Positions 10,169 through 19,649 are shown, counted from the first letter of the stretch. The stretch is 64,000 bases of DNA from an uncultured Gemmatimonadota bacterium (GCA_964626665.1 CAZVGK010000016.1:1-64000), one strand, 5' to 3'. Made by a program: numbers and translations. Notes: generated from the sequence alone by a model not told the origin.

Positions 10169-11503
10169 TCATCTGTGGTCACCCCTCTGCAAAAATCCCT
10201 CCACAATCTCCTTTAAATCAGGTTTGCCGATCTCCTGGAGCTCATATCTTACCCTCACCGAGTCCCCCTTTATCCTGAGGACCCGGGAGAGATCTATGGG
10301 AGTAGCCACAATAACGGTGTCCGCGCCAGCGGCGTTTATGGTCGATTCCAGATCCTTGATCTGTTTCTCACTATAGCCCATTGCCGGAAGGATATTTCCT
10401 GTCCCTGGGTATTTGACAAAAGTTTCTGCGATGCTTCTCACCGCATAGGGTCTGGGATCAATGATCTCAGCCGCACCATATTTCTGGGCAGCCACCAGGC
10501 CGGCACCATATTTCATCCCTCCGTGGGTCAAGGTAGGCCCATCCTCCACCACCAACACCCTCTTCCCGGCGATCAGCTCCGGTTTGTCCACAAAGAGGGG
10601 AGAGGCCCCATCAACTATCCACGCTGAGGGGTTCAACCTCCTGATATTAGCTCTCACCTTTTCAATATCAGCAAAGCTGGCCCTATCCTCCTTGTTGATC
10701 ACCACCACATCGGCCATCCTCAGATTGGTCTCTCCAGGGTAATAGGTGGTCTCATGGCCAGCTCGCAGGGGATCAACCACAGTAATCAGCAGATCGGGTT
10801 GGTAGAAGGACATATCGTTATTCCCTCCATCCCAGAGGATGACCTCAGCCTCTTTCTCGGCTTCCTGGAGGATGGCCCCATAGTCCACCCCCGCGTAGAC
10901 CACATTCCCCCTATCAATATGGGGCTCATACTCCTCCCTCTCTTCTATGGTGCAATTTTGTTTATCCAGGTCGGCCAGACTGGCAAACCTCTGCACCTTC
11001 TGTTTAGCAAGATCACCATAGGGCATAGGATGTCTGATCACTACTACCTTCTTCCCTAAATGGGTCAATATCTCAGAAATCCGGCGAGTTGTCTGGCTCT
11101 TGCCACAACCGGTGCGCACAGCACAGATGGCCACAACTGGGAGACTGCTCTTTAACATTGTATCCTGGGGACCAAGAAGGCTAAATGAGGCTCCAGCCGC
11201 CTGCACCTGGGAAACCAGGTTCATTACATACTGGTGGGAGACATCCGAATAGGCAAAGAAAACCTCTTCAACTTTCTCCCTTTTGATCAACTCGGATAGT
11301 TCCCTCTGCGAATAGATGGGAATACCCTGAGGGTATAGCCTACCGGCAAGCTCCGATGGATAACTTCTCCTTTCTATATTAGGAATCTGCGTGGCCGTGA
11401 AGGCCACCACCTGGTAGCTTTCCTTTTCCCTGAAGTAAACATTGAAATTGTGAAAATCCCTCCCCGCAGCTCCCATAATGATAATCCTTCTTCTCTTGGA
11501 CAT
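10169..11503 (-). CDS. cyclic 2,3-diphosphoglycerate synthetase-like P-loop protein (predicted GTPase)
   Basis: MGAAGRDFHNFN, AVRTGCGKSQT (P-loop), IEEREEYE, WDGGNND, VEDGPTLTHG. Confidence 0.85.
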   Translation of the reverse strand: MSKRRRIIIMGAAGRDFHNFNVYFREKESYQVVAFTATQIPNIERRSYPSELAGRLYPQGIPIYSQRELSELIKREKVEEVFFAYSDVSHQYVMNLVSQVQAAGASFSLLGPQDTMLKSSLPVVAICAVRTGCGKSQTTRRISEILTHLGKKVVVIRHPMPYGDLAKQKVQRFASLADLDKQNCTIEEREEYEPHIDRGNVVYAGVDYGAILQEAEKEAEVILWDGGNNDMSFYQPDLLITVVDPLRAGHETTYYPGETNLRMADVVVINKEDRASFADIEKVRANIRRLNPSAWIVDGASPLFVDKPELIAGKRVLVVEDGPTLTHGGMKYGAGLVAAQKYGAAEIIDPRPYAVRSIAETFVKYPGTGNILPAMGYSEKQIKDLESTINAAGADTVIVATPIDLSRVLRIKGDSVRVRYELQEIGKPDLKEIVEGFLQRGDHR

Positions 11504-11688
11504 AACAGCCTCCTAAATAGCGAAAACCTCAAATACCAAGTCTGATAACCCTACGGTTACATCGTAACAGTTTACCACTAATAACCGCGAAATAGCAGAG
11601 AAAAACAGGGATCCGGGATAACCAGTATAAACCTCATTCTTAATTCTTAATTGCTTTTCCCCGTGCTTATCCGTGGTGAACTATTATT

Positions 11689-13251
11689 TCACACCTTCTC
11701 GGAGATGGCCTTGGCCTGCAGGTAGAGAAGCAGATAGTCCCTGCCCCCGGCCTTGGAGTCTGTCCCTGACATATTAAATCCACCAAATGGATGCACCCCG
11801 ACCAGAGCGCCTGTGCACTTACGGTTGATGTAGAGGTTGCCCACATGAAACTCCCTCTTAGCCCTATTGATCTTCCCCCTGTCTTGAGTGTAGAGGGCAC
11901 CGGTAAGCCCATATTCCGTACCATTGACAATCTGCAAGGCCTGAGCAAAATCATTGGCCTTGAGCACCGCCAAGACCGGGCCGAATATCTCCTCCTGAGC
12001 TATCCGGGAGGATGAGTCCACATCGGCAATTATCGTTGGCTGGAGGAAGTAGCCATTCCCCTCCACCCTTTCCCCTCCAAAAAGGAGCCTTCCCTCTTTC
12101 TTCCCTATCTCAATATACTGGGAGATGGAGCTCAGGGCCCTCTCGTTGATCACCGGTCCCATGTTGATCACCGGTCCCATATAGTTCTCTGGGTCCTTGG
12201 CCGGCCCGACCTTTATCCCTTTAGCTCTCTCCACAAGCATATCCAAGAACCGATCATATATCTTGCTGGAGACCACGACCCGGGAACAGGCGGAACACTT
12301 CTGTCCTTGAAATCCATAGGTGGCGGCAATCACCCCCTGGGCCGCCTCCTCTAAATCGGCATCCTCCTCAACAACGATAACATCTTTTCCCCCCATCTCG
12401 GCAACCACCCTCTTGATCCAGATTTGACCAGGGGTATGCTTGGCAGCCAGCTCATTTATCCTTAAACCCACTGCTTTGGATCCGGTGAAGCTGATGAACC
12501 TGGTCTGGGGATGGGAGACCAAGAAATCACCGACCTCAGCGCCACTTCCGGGCAGAAAATTGACCACCCCTGAGGGCAGACCAACATCCTCCAAGATCTC
12601 CATAAATTTAGCTCCAATAGTGGGGGAATCGCTGGAGGGTTTTAAAACGACCGTGTTGCCTGTAACTATTGAGGCCGAGGTCATCCCCACCAAAATGGCC
12701 AAGGGGAAGTTCCAGGGGGGGATAACAATGCCCACACCCAGGGGGATATAGACCAGCTCACTCCTCTCGGTAGGAATTCTTACCAATGGCTGGGGTTGGG
12801 CATATCTGATCATCTCCCGACCATAGAACTCCAGAAAATCTATGGCCTCGGCCACATCAGCATCAGCCTCTGGCCAGGATTTCCCCACCTCATAGACCTC
12901 CCAGGCGGCAAGCTCTAACTTCCTCTTCCCCATCAGCGTGGCGGCCTGAAAAAGGTATTCCGCCCTCTCCTCAGGCTTGACCCACCTCCAGCTTTCAAAG
13001 GTCCTCAGCGCTTCCTCTATCGCTTTTCGGGCCAACTCTTTGTCCGCCTTCTGGTGGATGGCCACCACCTCACCCTTTTGGGAAGGGTTAAATGATTTAA
13101 ACTGTTTGGGGGCTCTCAATCTCTCAGAGCCGATGATAAGCTCATATTCCTCACCCAAATGAGAGGCCACCTCCCCTAAGGCATCCTCCATCCTTTTCCT
13201 GTTCTCCTCTTGGGAGAAGTCAACATAAGATTGATTCTTAAACTCCTGCAT
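11689..13251 (-). CDS. pruA: L-glutamate gamma-semialdehyde (1-pyrroline-5-carboxylate) dehydrogenase
   Basis: EADADVAEAIDF, PPWNFP, FTGS, AEMGGK, GQKCSACSR, EEIFGP, PFGGFNMSGT. Confidence 0.93.
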   Translation of the reverse strand: MQEFKNQSYVDFSQEENRKRMEDALGEVASHLGEEYELIIGSERLRAPKQFKSFNPSQKGEVVAIHQKADKELARKAIEEALRTFESWRWVKPEERAEYLFQAATLMGKRKLELAAWEVYEVGKSWPEADADVAEAIDFLEFYGREMIRYAQPQPLVRIPTERSELVYIPLGVGIVIPPWNFPLAILVGMTSASIVTGNTVVLKPSSDSPTIGAKFMEILEDVGLPSGVVNFLPGSGAEVGDFLVSHPQTRFISFTGSKAVGLRINELAAKHTPGQIWIKRVVAEMGGKDVIVVEEDADLEEAAQGVIAATYGFQGQKCSACSRVVVSSKIYDRFLDMLVERAKGIKVGPAKDPENYMGPVINMGPVINERALSSISQYIEIGKKEGRLLFGGERVEGNGYFLQPTIIADVDSSSRIAQEEIFGPVLAVLKANDFAQALQIVNGTEYGLTGALYTQDRGKINRAKREFHVGNLYINRKCTGALVGVHPFGGFNMSGTDSKAGGRDYLLLYLQAKAISEKV

Positions 13252-13581
13252 CTTCTAAGCTCCTTTCTATTAGCGAAGCTTCGCCTTCCCGGCCCAGGCA
13301 AACCGTCCAGCCAGGGCAGCACAAACTGGGCGAAGCTTCGCATGTAAAATTCACCTCGTTAAATATTTTTTGGTTTTAAGAGGCTGGACCTTTTTTCTAA
13401 TAGTTCTGTTTCTGCGTCTCTGATTCTCGGTTGGACTCACTATTTAACGGGGTGAAGAATTTATAATTAAAAATGAGAAAACCTGCAGCCAAGGGGCCTG
13501 GGGTTAAGCTCATCCTTCACCTCTTTCCTCCTACCCCCAAAACTTGACACAAATTTTAAGAAGTTGCCTTTTGAAGGAGAC

Positions 13582-13788
13582 TACCCTGGATTATTCATAA
13601 ACTGATGACGAATCAGTTATCTAAAGGTTGTCCCGTCATCCCGTAGGGACAGACCGGAACTTGTCCCGACTGCCGCAGGGGGTCGGGAGGTCTGTCCGCT
13701 TCCTTCGGACTCCGCTAAGGCGGAGTCCCTGGTATAAAACCTCTGATAATCGGAGATCCCCCCACTAATTTATGAATGGGTTGAGCTA
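13582..13788. mobile_element. MITE-like element with TA-bounded terminal inverted repeats enclosing a REP-like palindrome
   Basis: ends TACCCTGGATTATTCATAAAC and ATTTATGAATGGGTTGAGCTA; inverted homologue at 15593-15784; same end motif at 81-101 and ~58586-58605. Confidence 0.6.
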
Positions 13789-14050
13789 GTCAGCCAACTG
13801 GTTAAAACCATCAGGGATCAGCAGTGGGGTGGTCATCAGTTGTTGGTTGTCAGTTGTAATCAAACCGAGGTGGCAGAACCCCTGTTCTGCCACCGTCAGA
13901 TCGGGGAATCTGACGGCTCGAGAATTTCCATTTTCCAATTTCAATTTTCAACCCTTCGGGGCAGAAACCCTACCCACCCAGCTAATTCCCTTGTTTTCCT
14001 GATCCCTGTAAGCTGATCTCCGGGAACTGTGAACTGAATTCGATTAGCTG

Positions 14051-14079
14051 AATATAGGGGCTAAAATATGTCCTGTCAA
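14051..14079 (-). promoter_or_regulatory. sigma70-like promoter
   Basis: TTGACA-17 nt-TATATT on the minus strand. Confidence 0.55.
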
Positions 14080-14107
14080 CCTATTCTTGCCCAACAATCC
14101 CCTTCGT

Positions 14108-14869
14108 TTAAAACTCAACCCTTAAACCACCATAGGCCATCCTCACCCCTTTTATCCCTAACCTGTTGGCCAAGGCCTTAATGTGGTTTTCTTAGCCCTC
14201 CAGTTGGAGGGGGATATGGGTAAGGATGGTTTCCCCTATCCCCCGCTGGGAGACAAATCCCAATAGCTCCTCTATATTTATATGCATGCACTCGGTGATC
14301 AAAATATCCGGCGTGGAAACAAAATCCTCTAAATCAGAGAGGGAACCTATATCCCCCGAATAGTCCACTACCTTCCCCTCAGCCTCGATCTCAAAGGAGT
14401 AACTCTCTAAGTTCTGGTGAGGATCCGCCACCCCCTGATAATCCACTAGATGATGGTTGGCAAACACAGAAACCGATAGAACATCATTCGGCAAAATTGG
14501 ATTCCCTTTTAGCGGATGAAACCGCAGGGGAAAAGAGAGCCTCTCCGGAAAAAGATAGAAAGTTCGCGAGCAAACCCCAACTGCGGCCCTGGCCTCAGCC
14601 GGGAGTCAAACCTCAAATGGGGCCTGGCGGTTTGAAAGATACATAAGTTGCAAGAGTAGGGGAAGACCGGAAGAATGATCGGGATGCATATGGGAGATAA
14701 AACCAGCTACAATTGACTCCTGATTAATGTCCATCCGCAAGAGGGATGAGCTGCACCCCTCACCCATATCAAAAAGGTATCCCCTTTCCCCAACCTCGAC
14801 GAGGTAACTGGAGCTTGCCCGCTGGGGAACTGGCATACCAGAGGCCGAACCCAAAACAGTGATTCTCAA
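14108..14869 (-). pseudogene. MBL-fold metallo-hydrolase (RNase Z/BN-like) with two in-frame stop codons
   Basis: ITVLGSASG, LFDMGEG, SHMHPDH, YSGD, ITEC, LTH; frame stays continuous through TGA (14606-14608) and TAA (14192-14194) to TAA at 14108. Confidence 0.85.
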
Positions 14870-14953
14870 CCTACCTCAACTTGAAAATGTTCACTCTATA
14901 TCTCCCCTGAAGGGGGAGATGAGACAAGGGTAAAACCCCATCTTAACCTTCCC

Positions 14954-15175
14954 TTAACGGTCCCTTTCTTGGTCAACCGGTGGGGTTTCCTTGTCCACTG
15001 CGGCGACAAACTCCTCGATCTGATTCAATATCCCTTCATGTGGTGTATTCACGGTAAGGGCATTAAGCCTTTCATCCACATCTATAAAGCAAGTGTAGGT
15101 AATAACGCCTAAATCCTTGATTCTCCTCTCCATATCTTTAACGGAGACAAACTTCAAATAAAATGTCTTGATCAT
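14954..15175 (-). CDS. small protein resembling a single secretin N-terminal (NolW-like) domain
   Basis: MIKTFYLKF...VDERLNALTV...LNQIEEFVAAVD; G-rich SD before ATG 15175; perfect promoter upstream makes the 15334 start unlikely. Confidence 0.6.
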   Translation of the reverse strand: MIKTFYLKFVSVKDMERRIKDLGVITYTCFIDVDERLNALTVNTPHEGILNQIEEFVAAVDKETPPVDQERDR

Positions 15176-15206
15176 GTTCTCCCCTTTCCCTCTCTTAGCT
15201 GAGGCA

Positions 15207-15235
15207 ATTATAGGGAAGGAGAAAATGATTGTCAA
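15207..15235 (-). promoter_or_regulatory. perfect sigma70 consensus promoter
   Basis: TTGACA-17 nt-TATAAT on the minus strand. Confidence 0.8.
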
Positions 15236-15592
15236 GGAATTTTGCGGAATCCAATCTGGAAGATAAAGGCCAGCGGAAAGTCCTCTGGTAGGATTTGGAA
15301 TCGGCGCCCTTTGAACAGGCTCTAACTGAGCCAAGCCACCGCTAATTGGTATTTAAAGGCCTGACCTCAATTTGCCCTGAGCCGGCAGAACCCCTGTTCT
15401 ACAGGAGAAGGTAACATCCCGTTTATTGGGATGCCACCTCAAAGGGAATCGTATAGTTTTGAGGATGTGCTGGCCTAAGCTTTTGAGCACAGTGGTGATA
15501 CTTCTACCTCTTCAGCCGTGGCTAAGGAGGTGGGTGAAATCATCAAAAGGAAGGAAAACCCAAAGGGGGATCAAAAGGTGCCCCCTCCCCTC

Positions 15593-15784
15593 TAGCCCGA
15601 TCTATTCATAAATTCGGAGTAATACCTAAGCATCGTGAAGAGCTTTTTATCGTAGGGACAAGTCTTTAGACTTGTCCGAGGGAGCGGACAGACCTAAAGG
15701 TCTGTCCCTACACGAGAATACAGAATCCCACTGATCCCAAGAGATTACCTCAATCCGCTATCAGTTTATGAGTAATTCAGGCTA
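15593..15784. mobile_element. MITE-like element enclosing a GTAGGGACA..TGTCCCTAC REP doublet
   Basis: ends TAGCCCGATCTATTCATAAA and TTTATGAGTAATTCAGGCTA; inverted relative of 13582-13788. Confidence 0.6.
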
Positions 15785-15947
15785 GAATCCCTGCCCTCAG
15801 CAAGTAACCTAAGATCTACTTAAATTGTAAGCCTGATCCTCACCTTCCTGTTCTTTCCCCCTTGTTAAAAATCTTGCATGACAGAACAGCAGGTAAACGA
15901 AGCCCAGAAAAGACCAAATCTTTTATCAACTTAGGCATTTTATCCCA

Positions 15948-16415
15948 TTATTCATCCATCTCCCCATATTGGGGAGGAGCTTCTCCCACGGACTCCACAA
16001 CAAATGGATACTTTGCCTCTTCGTTAGGGGATTCCATGCCTTTAAGTTCAACAATAAAATGCCACTCATCCCCATAATCGAAAAGAAATAACATTCTCTT
16101 CTTAATTTTGTCAAAAACCTCATTCACCTTCGTTCTTTCTACACCCTTAAACTCACTCCCCTTTCCCATATCGGCAAATATTTCATACCCTTCCTCTGCC
16201 TCTGTCCACCTCTTTATGTTGTCATAAAACCCGAAAGGATGGTCAAAAGCAAAGTCAAAACTGCCCACGATTACCTCTGCCAAGCTATACAATGTGAATC
16301 CATCTGGAATTGCCAAAATTCTATAAGGCATACCCCTAATATGACCATACCAATCGCTCAGTATTACTTTAATCAGGTATATCCTTTCACCTTGTTTTGC
16401 CCTGTGCTTTATCAT
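15948..16415 (-). CDS. plasmid pRiA4b ORF-3-like protein
   Basis: TLYSLAEVI..SFDF.FDHPFGF, FLFDYGDEWHF.VEL, YP.VVESVGEAPPQY. Confidence 0.8.
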   Translation of the reverse strand: MIKHRAKQGERIYLIKVILSDWYGHIRGMPYRILAIPDGFTLYSLAEVIVGSFDFAFDHPFGFYDNIKRWTEAEEGYEIFADMGKGSEFKGVERTKVNEVFDKIKKRMLFLFDYGDEWHFIVELKGMESPNEEAKYPFVVESVGEAPPQYGEMDE

Positions 16416-16852
16416 ATAATTACCCCCTACTGCTGATGATATTAAAATTCCACCTAACCCGTAGCGAATAAGCAGATTTGAGCGGAACGAATACCTGTCT
16501 GATAAGCAAAATGGCCGCTCCAGCTTAGACCCTTGGTTTGTCTAAAGAACCAAGTTCACACCTCGGCTTCGTGGCCTTGCCAGCGCTATTTTGCCTATCT
16601 TGCTCGGGCTTTGCGAGGCTGCAAAGCCCGCAGTGTCTAACACCCGGCGGGCATTCACTAAAGAAGTAACAGTTTAGCCAACTGAGATCTAACCATCATT
16701 ATAGATTATCCGTTAAACACCGAAACCTACTTTGCTCGCTGTGGATGTTATCATCCACAGCGCTCGTCTATAATAATTCACGAAAGTTACTGATTTTCAA
16801 GAATTTGTCTTCTACTTTCCTTGTGGATGATAACATCCACAAGGAGCCCAAG

Positions 16853-16926
16853 AGCCTGCGGTTACCGCTTGCCCAACCAAAAACGCAAATCAGTATGGTG
16901 TCCCCAAAATTATCCCCAAAAATTAT
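16853..16926. repeat. junction repeat A copy 1 (...ACCGCTTGCCCAACCAAAAACGCAAATCAGTATGGTGTCCCCAAAATT) plus micro-duplication
   Basis: direct repeats at 17138-17206 and 18775-18830. Confidence 0.9.
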
Positions 16927-17137
16927 CCATCAGGGGTTACTCTGGCTTGCCGTAGAATGCCCCTCAATGTGCCAATGGCCAGCTCACAGTGCAGAGGAAC
17001 TAAACATCCTACAGCACCTTCCGAGGTTTGCTTTTTGAGCACCACGTGGCTGCCGCATCTTCTCGAAGCCCAAGCTATGGGGGCAAAAATTGGGTGGCAA
17101 AAGTTGTGAATTTACCTCGCTTCTTTTCACTCACTAA

Positions 17138-17206
17138 AGCCTGCGGCTACCGCTTGCCCAACCAAAAACGCAAATCAGTATGGTGTCCCCAAAATTCCCC
17201 AAAATT
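17138..17206. repeat. junction repeat A copy 2 plus CCCCAAAATT duplication; truncates the type III mod gene
   Basis: near-identical to 16853-16913. Confidence 0.9.
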
Positions 17207-17495
17207 CCAGTTTGTTGGTCCAGCCTTTAATTTGTCTGCCCTGAAAATCAGTGGCGAAAAAGTCATCCATCAATCCAGCCGTCTGCTCTTCTTTGCGGGG
17301 TTCGTCGATATATTCGATGGAATGAAAGGGCAGCACCGCATTGGTTACGGTTTCGCTGCGCCCGTTCCAGAACAGGAAAACATCCTCGTCATCAGCATAG
17401 AGTTTGTAAATGTATTCTTTGGGCAGGGGTTTGCCCTGTTTGATTAAATCGTTGATTTCGTTTTTTTCGGATTCGCTCAAATCCAGTTCCGCCAT
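17207..17495 (-). pseudogene. 5' fragment of a type III restriction-modification methyltransferase (Mod)
   Basis: GKPLP..Y...LFWNG....V.NAVLPF.SIE.IDEPR...GWTNKL, breaking off at repeat A where IWGDN would normally follow. Confidence 0.75.
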
Positions 17496-17496
17496 A

Positions 17497-17706
17497 TCAT
17501 TTTCTCATCTTTTCAATTTCATCGACAATTTCATCAAAATCCGGATTGCCGAGCCATTTGTGCCTGTCTTTGGTGTAGTCGCCTTCCCCTTTTTCTGTAA
17601 ATTGCAGAAACCGTATCATTCCGACAATGCCCAAATTTTTGCTCAGTGCATCCAAACCAGCCAATCGAATCTCCTTTGGCGTCATATCTTCAACTTTCAA
17701 TGGCAT
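17497..17706 (-). CDS. putative antitoxin partner of the PIN toxin
   Basis: 69 aa, GLDAL...LG.VG.IRFLQ...G.GDYT.DR; coupled to the PIN gene. Confidence 0.7.
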   Translation of the reverse strand: MPLKVEDMTPKEIRLAGLDALSKNLGIVGMIRFLQFTEKGEGDYTKDRHKWLGNPDFDEIVDEIEKMRK

Positions 17707-18146
17707 TATATTACCTCCTTAATCCACGATAATGGATTATCTGTTTTTACATTAATTTGATCAGCGTGCTTTTTTAACTTTGCTAACAAATTGTCATCAG
17801 TTGTCAGAAAAATATCTGCTTTTCCGACTTCAGCGCTTGCCACATGAAGCGCATCATAGGTTTTCATACCAAATTTTCGTATTTCTTTTGCCCGCGATAT
17901 TATTTTTGTATTCACCCTCAGATAAAGATTCGCTTTTGCAATCAACAAAAGAACTTTGTTTTTCTTTTCAATGTCGGGAATTTTATTTATCTCATAAACA
18001 ATGGCATCGCTATTCATTAAATCCCATTTACCGGACTCAATATATTTCATAATAGTCAATATTGCTTCAGATTCAAGGTGGATTCTATCTTGCGTCTGGT
18101 CATCAAATATTCGATTTAAACAACACACATCAAGGTATATTTTCAT
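17706..18146 (-). CDS. PIN-domain (VapC-like) toxin
   Basis: MKIYLDVCCLNR.FDDQ, DALHVASA, FLTTD acidic motifs. Confidence 0.88.
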   Translation of the reverse strand: MKIYLDVCCLNRIFDDQTQDRIHLESEAILTIMKYIESGKWDLMNSDAIVYEINKIPDIEKKNKVLLLIAKANLYLRVNTKIISRAKEIRKFGMKTYDALHVASAEVGKADIFLTTDDNLLAKLKKHADQINVKTDNPLSWIKEVI

Positions 18147-18149
18147 TAA

Positions 18150-18653
18150 CTAGCCCTTTTCAATGTCAAACAGCTTAATGATTTCATCGAATCTCTTTAT
18201 GTCCTTTTCATTTCTTTCCCATAATTCCTGCTTCACATACAGCGGGAAATATTGGCGTTCATCCTGCACAGCATTGACGTCGTTGCACCAGATTTGCAGG
18301 CGCTTGATTTTGCGCACATCATCCAGATCTTCCCTCCCTTTGGTCTCGGCAATGTAAATATGCCATTCGTTTCGTTTAATCAGGAAGTCGGGGAAGAATT
18401 CATGGATATTGCCATCCTCGCCCTGATATTCGATCTTAAAGCCAAGCGACTGATAATTTTTGGCGAAAGAAACAATATCAGTGCAATCTTCCAGAAAGGC
18501 AGCAAATTCCAGTTCAAACTGGCTGTCGCCGATGATTTTATTGAATACACTCTTCTGCGGAACCAGATAGGGCTGATTATCCGCTACCAGCGGTTTGACT
18601 TTGCGCAGCGAAATGTAATTTTTAATTTGCGCCGAACCTTTATCTCTCCCTAT
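18150..18653 (-). pseudogene. 3' fragment of a type III restriction endonuclease (Res) nuclease domain; no start codon, absent from ORF track
   Basis: manual translation ...KSVFNKIIGDSQFELEFAAFLE..VSFAKNY..FKIEY..FFPDFLIK..IAETKGREDLDD..RLQIWCNDVN..; PD-(D/E)xK motif. Confidence 0.82.
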
Positions 18654-18774
18654 TCAAAACATACGTATAATCATTGTCGGGTGCTCTGCAAAAAGGTTAA
18701 AAATTAAGTAGTCACAATCTTCAGATTGCGTAAGTTGTTGAGTTATTGGTTAGTTTCCGCTTACTAAGGATCTA

Positions 18775-18830
18775 CGGCTACCGCTTGCCCAACCAAAAGC
18801 GCAAATCAGTATGGTGTCCCCAAAATTATC
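18775..18830. repeat. junction repeat A copy 3
   Basis: CGGCTACCGCTTGCCCAACCAAAAGCGCAAATCAGTATGGTGTCCCCAAAATTATC. Confidence 0.9.
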
Positions 18831-18839
18831 TACCTTTAT

Positions 18840-19220
18840 TTATTTTCCAGAAGGAGGACGATGAACGCGCCATCTTCCTTCAGATGCTACAATCATAACA
18901 GGGGGAACACCCTCCAATGCTTCTTGCTCACTTTTCAGTATTTCCCCAACCTCATATGCAATTCTTTCCACATTGATAATCTCATATCGCAGCAGGATAA
19001 CCTTACCTCGTCCATATAAAGAACCGAACTCAAGAATGCCTCCAAAATCTTTATCGCCTGTCAGCAGGATTCTGTTTTCGCTTTCTGCCCATTCAAGCAC
19101 CCGTCGGTCATCACAACCTATAAGTCCAGCTTGAACAGCAGTTACCACATCGTGCCCATACTCTATTAGCTTGAATACGATGTCCGAATGGACATTTTCA
19201 TCAGCCAGAATCCTTGACAT
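18840..19220 (-). CDS. DUF5615 PIN-like toxin
   Basis: ILADENV, GHDV, D..VL..A..E.RILLT.DKDFG. Confidence 0.85.
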   Translation of the reverse strand: MSRILADENVHSDIVFKLIEYGHDVVTAVQAGLIGCDDRRVLEWAESENRILLTGDKDFGGILEFGSLYGRGKVILLRYEIINVERIAYEVGEILKSEQEALEGVPPVMIVASEGRWRVHRPPSGK

Positions 19221-19450
19221 TACGCTTTCTCCAATAGATGTACCTCTTCTCCCTGCATCTGTTTGGCAGCAAACTTAACCGCTGCTTGTGCTCCCTCTTT
19301 AGTCAGTGTGGGATATCCCTTTAATATATCCTCAACAGTCATCCCTGAGGCTAAACACTGAAGAATTAAAGCTACAGAAATGCGTGTCCCTTTGACAATA
19401 GGTTTCCCAGAAAGGATCGCGGGGTCACAAACAATCATTTCATTAACCAT
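19220..19450 (-). CDS. DUF433 antitoxin
   Basis: DPAILSGKPIVKGTRISV..IL..LASG...EDIL..YP.L; AGGAGG before ATG at 19450. Confidence 0.88.
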   Translation of the reverse strand: MVNEMIVCDPAILSGKPIVKGTRISVALILQCLASGMTVEDILKGYPTLTKEGAQAAVKFAAKQMQGEEVHLLEKA

Positions 19451-19649
19451 TTCGGTTACCTCCTTTTTAACCACGGAACAAGGGCCCAATGTCCATTATG
19501 TCACCAATCTTCTCTCAAGTTGGAGCAAAACCCTTGTTCCTATTACTCAAACCTATAATCGGCATTTGGGACTTCGGAATGTGCATAGAGGAACCTGCTG
19601 TCGATCAATGTTGCGTAAATCTCGTTCTGCGGATCCCTTCCAACAGATC

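Noticed and set aside
14606-14608. Selenocysteine or genetic-code read-through of TGA
   Set aside because: The same gene also has an in-frame TAA, and other genes here terminate normally at TGA.
15176-15334. N-terminal extension of the 126-aa ORF
   Set aside because: It spans a perfect promoter and the SD for ATG 15175.
16741-16845. DnaA boxes / replication origin (TCCACA-containing motifs)
   Set aside because: These are GTGGATGTTATCATCCAC palindromes, with another copy near 48052-48076, not TTATCCACA boxes; they look like another small repeat family.
18252-18707. 151-aa plus-strand ORF (and 17028..17447)
   Set aside because: Antisense to the type III res and mod fragments, which carry the recognisable motifs.
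16853-18830. Repeat A as a CRISPR array
   Set aside because: Only three ~55-bp copies at irregular spacing (about 0.3 and 1.6 kb) with genes between them; no cas genes.
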